DNA from: Felis catus
Taxonomy: Eukaryota
Length of the DNA: 64,000 bases
Assembly (NCBI RefSeq): GCF_018350175.1
Contig: NC_058368.1
Coordinates: 73,782,001 to 73,846,000 of the forward strand
Direction: 5' to 3'
Shown: one piece after another, positions 36,319 through 48,110 of the stretch
Layout: each line of letters starts with the position of its first letter
How positions within the stretch are numbered: position 1 is the stretch's first letter
Position numbers and translations under genes: made by a program
Notes under the pieces: model-generated
The model's database searches: none
Told to the model about the DNA's origin: nothing
What the model saw: the letters and a program-made list of their open reading frames with translations, nothing else

Positions 36319-37891
36319 AAAAGAAAGTGTTGGAATAAATGATCCCTTTAGCTCTCAAATTCTCAGCCAGTAGCAATTTCTTACTTGATCCTCATTTTTC
36401 ATGAGAGAATAAATAACCTTTATCTTTTCTCTTTATCTAGAAGTTAACTTGTCTTCTACTCCATGTTCTGCATTTTCCCTTCTCTTCTTGGCTTTTCCCA
36501 TTCTTCTCCTTAAGTTTCTTTACTTGGACCCAGAAAAAAATAAAAGAAAAAAGAAAGAGAAACTTCCCTTTGGTGACAGCTAAAGTTAAAACACATATAT
36601 GAGAGATTACCTTTAATGGTTAAAGCTGTGCTGGAGAGTTTTAAGAGGATATTTCTGAATTCATTGAATTTTAAACTTACTGAAGTGGGTTTTAACCTTT
36701 TATTGAGAATTTGATAAAAAAAAATCGGTTTCCATCTCCGCTCGCTCCCCCCAATTTTGCATCAAGTAACAGGAAACCGTCTTTCTCCATAAACCCACTC
36801 TGGGAGCTCAGGTTGGAAATGCTTTGCATCCACAGGCATCGAAGGTGGAACAGGGGTGGATGATTGTCCACGCACATGTTGAGTTCATTTAAAGCACACC
36901 CTGATTTTGTTTTCTCTCTTTTGCTTTTTTTCGAACTCCCCTCTGCAGCCCTCACATGGGGGCAAGTCACAGTTTTGCCAGGTGGCTGGTTGGAAAGAGC
37001 ACGTGTGCTGTCCCGTGGCCCCCGCTCTAGGCCACTCAGCTGGGAAAGGCCTCTTGTGGATTTCAAGCTGCAGGGGAAATGCAAACCAGGTTTCTGGGCT
37101 CTGAAATAGTAATAAAATGTGGCCAGGAACTCAGCTGTGGGTAGGTCTCCCCATGTAAACCTTTTTATTTTATGACGTATCCGAAATGGCCTGCTCTGAG
37201 TTTTATAGTATGATCAGTCAGAAACCTCAGATTGTACCTACTGTGTGGAAGAGGTGGAGGGTCAGGTACACGTTTCGTGGTTGTCTTTAGCACAGTAGGG
37301 ATTCCTTGTGCAGTAGTGAGTGTTCCAGGTGGGTGAAGTTTGTAGCCTGTACATTTAGATAGCGGTTGCTGAACAGCAGTGTGTGTTGGGGGTGGGGGGG
37401 ATGACTGATGGAAGTGCACGTGCATGTGTGCAAGGGCACGTGTGTGTCTTGTTCACCAGCCAGGCTCTACCTGCTGCGAAGGAAGCTCCGGGAGCCCTTT
37501 TGCTTCATCATTTTTAAATGTTCAAGTTTAAAAAAAAATGAGCACTTGAGACATTAAAATAGCATCCAACAGTACTCAACCATCTGGTTCGTCAGGGTGA
37601 CTTTTAGGAGATAAAGATTTTTTTCTTAAGGACTAAATGGTCTCATTTGGCAACTTCAACATGCCAGCAATGATCAGCATTGTTTGCGTGGTATCTCTTA
37701 ATGCTGGAAATAACGCAAACAGGAAAACAAAGTCATTTTTTGTTGAAAGAACATCCTTGTAAATACCACACGGCGTGAGGTTTGGTAGGTACTCCTCAAG
37801 TGTTCCACAATATTATGATTGAAAGAAGATTATCTTTCCATTTTTCATCAGGTTGCATTAATTTTGCAACTTTTGCTTTTTTATTATGTCC

Positions 37892-37990
37892 ATTTTTGTT
37901 TTGTTTTGCTTTTTGGGAGAGTGCAAGCAGGGGAAGGGCAGAGAGAGAGGGAGACAGAGGATCCCAAGAGGGCTCCGTGCTGACAGCAGA
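37892..37990 (-). mobile_element. Can-SINE, 5'-truncated
   Basis: gcaggggaagggcagagagagagggagacagaggatccc...gctccgtgctgacagcagag; head missing. Confidence 0.85.
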
Positions 37991-38375
37991 GTTCTCATAT
38001 GCAGATGTGTGTGAGAAGGGAAGATCCTAAGAGGTCAAGTGCACTCCCGTTGTCTGGACTGCCAAGGGGTCCTCGTAGTGATCGTCGGGACTCTGGGCCA
38101 CTGAGGAATTTAAGATGGTTCTTTGAGACTTCCTGCTATGCCACCTGCAAGTCTGGATGGAGGGATCATTGATCTGATTGATCAAAGATCCTCATCTGGG
38201 TGACCTCCTTCAGAATCTCCAATTGTCCCCACCTTTGCTCTGAGCACTGCCATACTAGCAATGCAGTGGGAAATACAGCAGAGTGGGAAATGATGTTATT
38301 TTCTCCTGTACCTGCTTTGTTCATTCTCTCAAGATGACTTTAGGTGGTAAGGTGCTGTTAGTTGAGCTAGGCATA

Positions 38376-39464
38376 TGTGTTAGTTTCCTATTACTGCTGT
38401 AACAAATGACCGCACACTTAATGGGGTCAAATAAAAAGCAAATGTGGACTTAGGTAAGGAGGCACTTTATTCAAAAGGATTATTGCAAGAGAAGTGGAGG
38501 GACTATTGAAACAGGGAGAACATTCTGTCCACGAGATCTGCAAGCATCTTCTAGGTCAGGCAGGAAAAGTATTCTGTCTTATAAAGAGGAGTGAATAAGG
38601 CTAGTAGAACTGGGTATGTGCAGCAGGATGATAGGACAATAGAGCAGAGAATGTGTTACCCTGAGGCCAGCCTGTTCATAAGAGAGAAAGAGGGGCTCCG
38701 GTTGAGGGTGGGTCAAAGTTCAGGGACCTGGAGGAAAGAGAGAAACTTAACTGATGTTGGGTTAACATGGATTTTGCTCCAATTGTCATTGTGGACAAAC
38801 AGTCCATTGAATCATGTAAGGAGCAAAGAATGTGGATTTGGAGGGTCTGCGTCTGGCCTTGTCTTTGGGAAACAAGAGGGGCATCCTCGAGTCTTATCTA
38901 AGTCACTCGATGAAGAGAGGTTCTTTGCTGTTTCCCAGAGCATAAAATTGTGTTTTTTTTTTTTTTTTTTTTTAACATCATCTGTTTTTCCGGACTACAG
39001 GGTTCAGGTCAAATTCGAAGTTGTCAGTGCCTGAAAACAATGCAAATTATTATCTTACATTCTGGGAGGTGGAAGTCTTATGTGGGTATCGCTGGACTAA
39101 AATCATTGTGTTGGCAGGGCTGTGCTCCCTTCTGGGGGCTCCAGGGGAGGATGGGGAGGATTTATTCCCTTGAATTTTTCAGCTTCTGGAGGCTGTGCCA
39201 TTCCTTGGCTGTGTCTCCTTCCAGTCTCCAAAGCCAGCCATGGCTGGTACAATTCTCCTCAGGCTACGTCACTTTGCCACTGACCCTCCTGCTTTGCTCT
39301 TCCACTTGCATAATCCAGGATAATCTTTCAAAGTTAAAGTCAGTGGATTACCAACCTTAATTCCATCTGCAACCTTAATCCCTTTTTGTCACATAAAGTA
39401 ACAGATTCCCAGGTTCCAGGAAAAAAGACTTGGACATCTTTGGGGGTTATTATTTGCCTAGCAC
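38376..39464 (-). mobile_element. MaLR LTR (MLT1E-like), split by an ERV1 LTR
   Basis: tgtgttagtttcctattactgctgtaacaaat...; resumes ctgaaaacaatgcaaattattatcttaca...aaccttaattccatctgcaaccttaat...ggacatctttggggg. Confidence 0.88.
38425..39026 (-). mobile_element. ERV1 solo LTR, MER67-like
   Basis: Minus strand starts TGACAActtcgaatttgacctgaaccctg and contains gacttagataagactc...caaggccagacgcagaccctccaaat. Confidence 0.82.
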
Positions 39465-39684
39465 TCTACATCTCTCAAATAATTCATGGAAGGTACAAAA
39501 AGATCTATTTTACCAAATACTAATTTTTGGAGTACTTATAATTTTTTGACTCAAGGCAGCAGCTCTCAGACTTTTTCATCTTGGATCCTTTCTACACTCT
39601 TAACATTCTTAACGACCCCAAAGAGCTTTAGTTAATGTAGGATGTATCTATTGATGTTTAGTGCATTAGGAATTAAAACTGAGA

Positions 39685-39896
39685 GCGGCGCCTGGGTAGC
39701 TCAGTCACGTGAGCAAAGGACTCTTGGTTTTGGCTCAGGTCATGATCTCATGGTTTGGTGGGTTGGAGCCCTGCATCGGGTTCCATGCTGACAGTGCAAA
39801 ACCTGCTTGGGCTTCTCTGTCTCCCTCTCTCTCCATCCCTCTCCCACCCACGCTGTCTCTGTTTCTCTCAAAATAAACAAATTAATTGAAAAAAAA
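39685..39896 (+). mobile_element. Can-SINE
   Basis: TSD aggaattaa(aa/gg)ctgaga at 39668-39684 and 39897-39913. Confidence 0.95.
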
Positions 39897-40296
39897 AGGA
39901 ATTAAGGCTGAGAAAATTTAAATACATTTATTGATTCATTTTAAGTGTCTGTAATAAACATTGTCTTAATGCAAATAACATTTTAATTTAAAATAAATAT
40001 ATTTTCTAAAAGAAAATTTTAGCAAGAAAAGGAGCATTGTTTCACATTTTTGCAAATCTCTTGGTCTGGTTTGATAGAAGACAGCCAAGTCTCACATTTG
40101 ATTCTTTATTCAATCTTTCACAATATGAAGTGTATAAATAAAATCCAGACTCACACAGATGTGTAGTTGGAAAATGGGGGGATGGGTGTTGCAATTATAG
40201 ATAATTGTGGATATACTCCTTTCATACTATGCCAGAATTTGACAAGTGAGACAGGTGGTAGTTTTTATTATTTATTGATTTATTTACCTATTTATT

Positions 40297-40520
40297 AATT
40301 TTTATTAAAATTTTTTTAAAATATTATTTCTGAGAGAGAGAGAGAGCGTGTGCACACAGGAGTGGAGGAGGGGTAGAGAGAGGGAGACATAGACTCTGAA
40401 GCAGGTTCCAGGCTCTGAGCTGTCAGTATAGAGTGCAACTTGGGGCTTGAACTCACGAACCATGAGATCATGACATGAGCCGAAGTCGAACCCTTAACCG
40501 ACCAAGCCACCCAGGTGCCT
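40297..40520 (-). mobile_element. Can-SINE nested in the tail of another SINE
   Basis: Flanked by ctatttatt at 40288 and 40521. Confidence 0.93.
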
Positions 40521-40554
40521 CTATTTATTTTTAATATTAGAATGTTTTTTCTTT

Positions 40555-40774
40555 AAAAAAATTTTTTTTTTCAACGTTTATTTATTTTTGGGACAGAGAG
40601 AGACAGAGCATGAACGGGGGAGGGGCAGACAGAGAGGGAGACACAGAATCAGAAACAGGCTCCAGGCTCTGAGCCATCAGCCCAGAGCCTGACGCGGGGC
40701 TCGAACTCACAGACCGTGAGATCGTGACCTGGCTGAAGTCGGACGCTTAACCGACTGCGCCACCCAGGCGCCCC
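40555..40774 (-). mobile_element. Young felid Can-SINE, nested
   Basis: TSD gaatgttttttcttt at 40540-40554 and 40776-40790. Confidence 0.97.
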
Positions 40775-40790
40775 TGAATGTTTTTTCTTT

Positions 40791-40825
40791 TAAAGAGAGA
40801 GAGCAGGCAAGCTTGGGAGAGGACA

Positions 40826-40875
<50 letters not shown>

Positions 40876-40996
40876 TAGGCAGGCTCCACGATCAGTGTGG
40901 AGTCCAACATAGGGCTCGACATCACAACCGAGAGATCATGACCTGAGCCAAAATCAAGAGTCAGATGCCTAACTGATTAAGCCACCCAGGTGCCCC
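40791..40996 (-). mobile_element. Can-SINE body (host of the nested SINEs; tail extends to ~40268)
   Basis: TSD acag(g/a)tggtagttttta at 40251-40267 and 40997-41013. Confidence 0.93.
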
Positions 40997-41027
40997 ACAG
41001 ATGGTAGTTTTTAAAAGTTTAATTTCT

Positions 41028-41240
41028 AAGCACACTTGGGTGACTCAGCCGGTTAAGTGTCTGACTCGATTGCTCAGGTCATGATCTCACGGTTTGTGGG
41101 ATCGAGCCCTGAGGTGTGCTCTGTGCTGACAGTGCAGAACCTGCTTGGGATTCTTTCTCTCCATCTCTCTGCCCTTTCCCCCGCCCCCCCCCCCATGCAC
41201 ACTCTCTGTCTCTCAAAATAAATAAAGATTAAAAAAATAA
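41028..41240 (+). mobile_element. Can-SINE
   Basis: gggtgactcagccggttaagtgtctgact...cctgcttgggattct...aaaataaataaa. Confidence 0.93.
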
Positions 41241-43904
41241 AAATTTAATTGCGATGTGGACTATGAAAACACGTCAACGAGCATTTTGTGATCTATTACT
41301 CTAACATCCAATGGTCTTGCATTTTGAATAAATCTTTCACATATGCATGATTTTATAATACTGTTCATGATAATTTGGAAAATATTGATTCATAGAGTTA
41401 GAAAGATCTTCCAATTGTCAAATTTTTAGCACAACATCAAAAAGTCACTTTCGTTAACATCACTACTAATTTTATCAGAAAAAAACCAAGCTTTGAAAAG
41501 CTCACACTGACAATATGAATTTTCCAAATTTCTGTTTTTCTCTTGAAAGGTCAGACTTTATTACTGGCAACAAATCTGCCTTTTCCCCTGTGTGGGCACT
41601 TGTACTAAAGGTGCAAAACCAGCAGTGAATGAAATGGTCGGTGCCTGCCCGTGAATCATGGCAGTGACAGCAAACTGAACAGTCATAGCACTCTTCCCCA
41701 CCCCACGCAGTAAAAGCAAAGAAACAAAAATCATTTTCACTTAAATAGGTTCATGATGAAATGGCAAAAATTATTAATTTTATTAAATCTCAACCCTTCA
41801 GTGCATGTTTTTAAAACTATTCCTTAGTAATGAAATGACAAGTACATATACTGACTTCTGCCATGTATGATGGTCAGCCCCAAGAACAGACCTTGTGCTG
41901 CTGTGAGATTTTTTTTTTTTTGGTAGACCTGAAAAAATGAGAGACAAACTGTAGTTCTTTAGACTTGGGTATTGGGCAGATATTTTCTTAAAAATGAGCG
42001 AAATAGGTCAATCACTTCAAGGAGAATAGTGAACAGTGAAAAAGGCACACAATATCTCAGCTTTATTATAAAAATATTCTGGCCATATGGAAAGTTCTTG
42101 GAGACTTCCAGCGTTGCTGTAAAATACTCTTGGAAAACCTTTTTATTTTTTTCTACAGGAGAAGAGAAAGAGTCTTACCTTTGCTTACCTTAGGACCACT
42201 GCATTTATCCAATTATCTAGTCATCAGATTATCTTTGTCATGAGAGAACCAGGGAGGACAGAGGCAACTTATGGTTAGGAAATCGGAATCACAAAAGGCT
42301 TGGGGAATGAATGGGACCCAAGATAGCAAGATAGAAGGACCCAAGTTATCTGCTACCATAAAGATACTCTAGCCAGGAGCCAGCCTAAAGGCAGCAGATT
42401 CCATGTAAAGTTGAAAAGGATAAGGAAACTCATGACAAAGAAAGGTTCATCTTTGTTCGCTTTGCATGACCCAAGTGGCTGAGCTTTTGGGGACACGTCC
42501 TTCTTCACACAGGTGGAGAGAATGAGGTCTATCTGATAGTCTGATTGCCAGAGTTCAATGAGATAATGAATATAAATGGACTGGCACAGAGTGGGTGTTC
42601 AGTAATGGAACCTGTTATCAGTATGACTTGATGAGCTTACACTATGCCTCTGTGCTCTCTAGATCTTTCTGCAGACAGTGCTCTGTGTTGTTTGGAGACC
42701 CGTGGTGTTTAGGACCCACATGTGCCAGATAAACCATTCCTTCTTCTCCCTGGACCCTGACTCTGCATCACACTGTGGGTTTGTCTCTGCATCACACTGT
42801 GGGTTTGTCCCATCCTAGCTCACTCCCTATCATGTCTACCCCACGTGATTCCTTGCCTGGGGAAATACACTCATCAGTGCTCCTCTGAGGGGGGTTCACC
42901 CCCCTGGATCAAGAGCAGCCCCCCACCCACTCACCCACCCCAAGCTGCTAGCACACCTTTGTCTTTACCAATTAGCTTGTGGCTTGGGGCAAGTCAGGAT
43001 CTTCCCATGTCAGTGTGATTGGTACTTCTCAGATGTAGGGTCAGAACTTCCCCTTTTAGTGGATTAAACTGTTGTTTATGATAGAATGTAATCTTGAAGC
43101 TATATGCTCCTCATGAAGGAAGTGTCAGCCCCATTTTAGAGACTGTCAACAAGAACCATACCACAATTTTTACTCACTGTAACTACCAAAGTGCCAAGCA
43201 CTTCATGGATGTCGTCTCGTTTAATTCGCCTGAGTCCCTGCCGGGCAGATGTGGTGATGCCCTTTCCACGCGGAGCCTGGGGTTCTGGGGTTTGGTGAAT
43301 GGGTGAGAGCCAAACCCTGAGCTTGTGAGAGCTGGTTTTGAGGAAAGTTGGATTTCCAGCCAAAGCTTGTCTCATTTTTACAACACTCTGCCCCTTTTCC
43401 CAACGACAAGCAAGTTGCTATGCTTTATTTCACTTACTTTAGTATAGTCACAATTAAAATTCACATTTCCTTCTGGAGTGCTGTTCATCTTTGCTGAAGT
43501 AGCAGCTTCCCGACATAATTTCTGACCAGAGACTCTCCGTCAAGTTTTTAGCTGTTTTGGGGAAAAAAACCCTTCAAACCTTGTCTCACTCACGGTGTGA
43601 TGTCCGCCTGTGCCCGTGCAAGGTGGCTTCATTCATCCACCGCGGGCATCAGGGGTTGGCAGTGTCTTGGAGACACGGTCGGGGTTGGCTTGCCGCTGGA
43701 GTCCCAGCTTCCAGACACCACGGTTGCTCAGCTGGCCTGTCCCGAGTCAGCAGTGGTGAGGCAGCAGTCAGCTCTGGGGTCACACTTGGGCAAGCTGGTC
43801 CTTGCCCAGGGTTCGCAATACCGTTAATGTGTGAGGGGTCACAGTCATTGTCCCTGGACCACAAGGAGAAGGTTTGCATAAGCAAACTCCCTGGTGGGGA
43901 ATGT

Positions 43905-43981
43905 GTTTTTCTTTTTTAATGTTTACTTATTTTTTAAAGAGAGAGAGAAAGAGAGAGAGAGACAGAGATGAGTGGGGGAGG

Positions 43982-44018
<37 letters not shown>

Positions 44019-44155
44019 AGACACAGAATCTGAAGCAGGCTCCAGACTCCAAGCTGTCAGCAAAGAGCCTGATGTGGGGCTCAAACTCACGAACTGTGAG
44101 ATCCTGACCCGAGCCAAAATCGAATGTTCAACCGACTGAGCCACCCAGGCGCTCC
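43905..44155 (-). mobile_element. Can-SINE
   Basis: Ends gccacccaggcgctcc; degenerate TSD ggaatgtgtttt/ggaatgcatttt. Confidence 0.95.
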
Positions 44156-44999
44156 TGGAATGCATTTTGAAAGCATTGCTGGCAGCATTTCTGCACTGAA
44201 GCTCCATTGAGGGTCTGGATTTTCCTAATAAAAATAACTCCTGGGCTAGGAGGCCTGTTCTGTTTTGCACTCTGACTCTTGCCCTGCTGATGTCACCAGG
44301 CTTAGCCACATCTCTGATGGGCTCCGGCCAGCCGACACCGAAGTCAAATGCTACCCACTTCACACAATAAATACAATGCAGCCCCAAGGGAGTTTATTTA
44401 TTCCACAGCCAGATGTTCAGGCCTCAGTACCTCTTCCTGAATCAGAAAAGAAGTGTTTTCCCATTTGTCTCTCTTCAACTAATCTGACATTCTTCAGGCA
44501 CTAGGTGTAACTGCTGAGTCGTAATGCTTCCTTTCAAACTTTAATCAGGTACACGAGGCAGATGTGCTGGTCTCCCGTGAGTTTCTCGTCATTTATAAGT
44601 GCCAGTTTGTAGTTTTAATATCATCTCAAATGTCAGTGTTCTGGCATGATTCTAATTTTAGTCCCTTTCTATCTTTCCTCCATTGTTTATGGAAATGGCA
44701 TAAACACCCCCCTGCTTGGCAAGGACGTGCTAAGCATTTGGTCACATGTGTCTTCATCTGCCTCCTTGAAGACTTTTACTTTTTTTTTATTTTTATTTTT
44801 TAATTTTTAATCTCAAGGGAGATTACCTTCTCGACAAGAGATGTTTCGTTGGTTCCTGCGAGCAGATGTTGGGAGAGCAGGATACACTCTATTGTACGAG
44901 TTTTCATGCTTTGGATTCCTCGGCACCGTGAGGCCATGAATGTTATTAAGCTGTAATTAATGAGCTGGTGCGCTTATTGGATGTGGTAGTTGGCTTGTC

Positions 45000-45450
45000 A
45001 TTTGACTTCATCAAGTAGCGCTTTCTTTCCTCTTGTGGCTCCAGTCCAGGATGGTCTGGTGGTTCTGTGGTGTCCTCCTGTCATTGCCCTTTTATCCTTA
45101 CCTTTCGGGTTTTGTCTTCCCTCTCATGACCTCCTGGGTGCAAGACGGGCAGGACGGAGGCTTCAGCACCAGTTCCACATTCATGCCCTGGCCCGGAGGG
45201 AGAGGAAGAGTCAGCAGGCTGCCTCCTTCAGGGGCTCTATCTGTTCTTATGTGGGAGAGGATGGCGTCTCCACGGGTTCCTGCCTCCCTCACCTGGGGCC
45301 AGAACCATCTCGTGACCCTTTTCCCCACCCCTGCACCCCTGCCCATGCATGGGAGCTGTGAGACTATTTCCGGCAGCACTGACTGCTGCCCTGAACAAAA
45401 CTGGGATTCTTCAGGAAGCAATCGGAGGGATACGGCTGTACCATCTGCCT
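45000..45450 (-). mobile_element. Possible old MaLR LTR (MLT1K/L-like)
   Basis: ggccagaacc and tgctgccctgaacaaaactgggattct resemble recalled MLT1K-type motifs. Confidence 0.35.
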
Positions 45451-46889
45451 AAGATCTCTGTCTTAACTTAATCCTCTTCTGAGCCTCATGATCAATCTTC
45501 CTTTCATCTGGCCCTGCCTTTGGGTAGTCTTGGTGTTCCAGTTTCTGATATATGCTTCCCTGGACTCTCAGTGTTTTTCTCATTAACCTTATGCCATTTG
45601 TCACTCAGATTCCTTAACAGGCGGAACACGGTGCAAGAACCTCACGTATCTAGACTCCATCTTCAAGGCTACGGGCGCACTGCCCTGCCTATATCCACAG
45701 TTCTTCATTCTGGGAACAAGATACAGCCCAGGCTTGTCTCTTGTCCACGACATGAACCTCCTCATTTTCCAGTCCATGTTTCCATATTGAGCCCCAGCAT
45801 CTAAATTTTTATGGGATTTATCCCCTTAGAATCTCAGCACTTGTATCACTTGTCTTGAAGTTGGCTGTGTTCTTCGGACCATTGGAAAGCTATATATCCC
45901 ATGACCTATAAATACCTCTTAGAAAGTCTCAAAAGCTTAAAGCAGTGGTCCCCCCTTGGGGCCACAGAAGGCGGAACTCATGCCAGGTGTTTTCTGTATT
46001 ATGTGCGTAAACGCTGAGTACACTCAGACCACGTGCCTTAATGTATTTGAATCGTCGGGAGGACCTGGGAGAGGGCTCAGATTGAGGATTTGTCCTGTAG
46101 TCAAGCTGCTATTCTGGTGTGACCTTGGTCAGGGAGGGCTGATGCAATGATCTGGACAGGAAATCCGAATTGGTGAATTTCTTTCCAAGTAGGACAACTG
46201 CAGGGTAGAAACTTTGGATTCTAGAGGTAGAAGGGCATCGGGACACCACTGGTCAAATGCCTGTGTTTCACAGATGAGGACACTTAGCCTCAGGGAGAAC
46301 AAATAGAAGTCAGAAGTTGTACTGGTAATCAGGCAGGTCTACGCTTGGGTTGCAAGTGTTTTCAAGCCTGGTCGTAGGACTGTGCCCCGACATTGTTTTT
46401 TAGGTGAAAGGTTTTGTCCTTCTGCCCTGTCCCCTTCCCCTAGTGATGCCAGAACAACCAGAAAGCCTGAGTAGCTGAAGAAGCAGCAGATACCTCCGAG
46501 GCAGCCAGCCACCTGGTACCAGTAGGTAGAATTAAAACAGTTGTGAAGGCATTGAAGGATCTCAACCCAATCTTACCTGTTCTATCCTGTTGAGGGCCTT
46601 AGCCTCTCCTCCTTCTGCACTTGAAGAGGATTTTGTTGCTGTGTGTTATATCGTTGCAATTGCTTTATATAATTAACCTGGAAGGGGGGGAAAAAGATGT
46701 TGGATTTCAAAAGAAAGTCAGAAGTGTGTTTAGTTCACCTTAGTGACTTCCTTTATTTAGTGCAAAATCTTCCATATACAGAGAGATCAATCACATCACA
46801 GGTTTTCTTAATTGCACTTTACTCTTGAGTGCAATTAAAAGCATCGGTGCTGGCCCGTTTCATGCTTATATTCTAAGACTTCATTAGCA

Positions 46890-47098
46890 GTTGCTGTGGA
46901 TGGAGTCCTATGCTTCAGAAAGTGCTTTTAAAAGATAGAGACCTGGATCTCACTTCCCTTTCCTACACCCTGCAGATTCTGGATTAATTGGTCTCAGGTG
47001 TGTGCTGGGCATTGGAATTATTAGAAGATAATGAAGCAAATAGTAACAACAACAAGACAAACTCCCCAGGTGATGCTCAAATGCAGTCAGGGAAGAGA
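46890..47098. mobile_element. MER5-type hAT-Charlie MITE
   Basis: cagattctggattaattggtctcaggtgtgtgctgggcattgg...aactccccaggtgatgctcaaatgcagtcagg. Confidence 0.75.
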
Positions 47099-47184
47099 TA
47101 TGAATTCTCATGCATTTATCAAAACATTACTTAGATTTAGGGAATCGATTCCATGAATCAATTTTCATGACCTTTAATATGTAT

Positions 47185-47410
47185 TTTATTTATTTGTTTA
47201 TTTAAAGATTTTTAATGTTTATTTTATTTTTTTGAGAGAGACAGAACACAAGTGGGGGAGGGAAAGAGAGGGAGGGAGACACAGAATCCGAGGCAGGCTC
47301 CAGGCTCTGAGCCGCCAGCACAGAGCCCGATGCGGGGTTCGAACCCACGAACCACGAGATCATGACCTGAGCCAAAGTCGGACACTTAACCGACTGAGCC
47401 ACCCAGGCTC
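47185..47410 (-). mobile_element. Can-SINE
   Basis: gagacacagaatccgaggcaggctccagg...cttaaccgactgagccacccagg. Confidence 0.95.
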
Positions 47411-47674
47411 AGTATTTAATTTTCTTATGTGAAATGCTGTGTATAGACGATTTAGTCTGATTTTTCTGAATACAGACTTAGGTGATCCACGATAAATGTA
47501 GATAATGTGCTCAGTGTTATCTCTTCTACAATCATGGTTTGTTATTGCTGCTTTTTAGGGCAAATGAATCAGACTTTACAGAGGGAAAGCTGGACTGAGC
47601 TTAAGTAGAAAAGGTGGTCAGATTTCATGTGTCATTAAATTATTCAAATCATTATTTAACAAAAATAATTAGTT

Positions 47675-48110
47675 CTCGGCAGATCATGATGGTTTCCCCT
47701 CAATATTCATTCCCCCTTCTTCTTTAATCATAGAACTTCCACTTGCTAGCTGGGAACATAATTTCCCAGGACAAAAATGAAATTCCCTAATCTCTTTCAC
47801 AGCTGGTATGGCCATATAATTAAATTCTAGCCAAAGTAATATGAGCAGAGTGGTATAGGCATCTTCCAGTAAGGATCCCTAAAGGGAGGGAGAATACACT
47901 TCTGCCCTTTCCTCTTCTACTTCCTTCCGGACACATTGCGAGAGCTGAGGCAGCCATCTTGATCAACAGGGTCTTTGCCATGTGGTGAGAATGGCAGAGA
48001 TCCTACTGATTGTGGAGCTCTCATACTTTGTCTACCTGAGAGAGAATAAATAAGTTTTTGCTTCAGCCACTGTTATTTTGTGTTTTCTGTCCCATTGAGC
48101 TCAAATCAAA
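47675..48110 (+). mobile_element. MaLR LTR, MLT1J-like
   Basis: attcccccttcttctttaatcatagaac...tggccatataattaaattctagccaa...gcagccatcttga...agccactgttattttg. Confidence 0.7.

Larger units (their letters stand above)
39557..42115 (-). mobile_element. hAT-Charlie (Charlie1/Charlie1a-like) element with five SINE insertions and an internal inversion
   Basis: cagcagctctcagactttt...gaccccaaagagcttt...ggaattaaaactgaga end; transposase remnants FVASNKV*PFKRKTEIWK (minus strand) and KIINFIKSQP, RLGYWADIFLKMSEIGQSLQG (plus strand). Confidence 0.88.
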
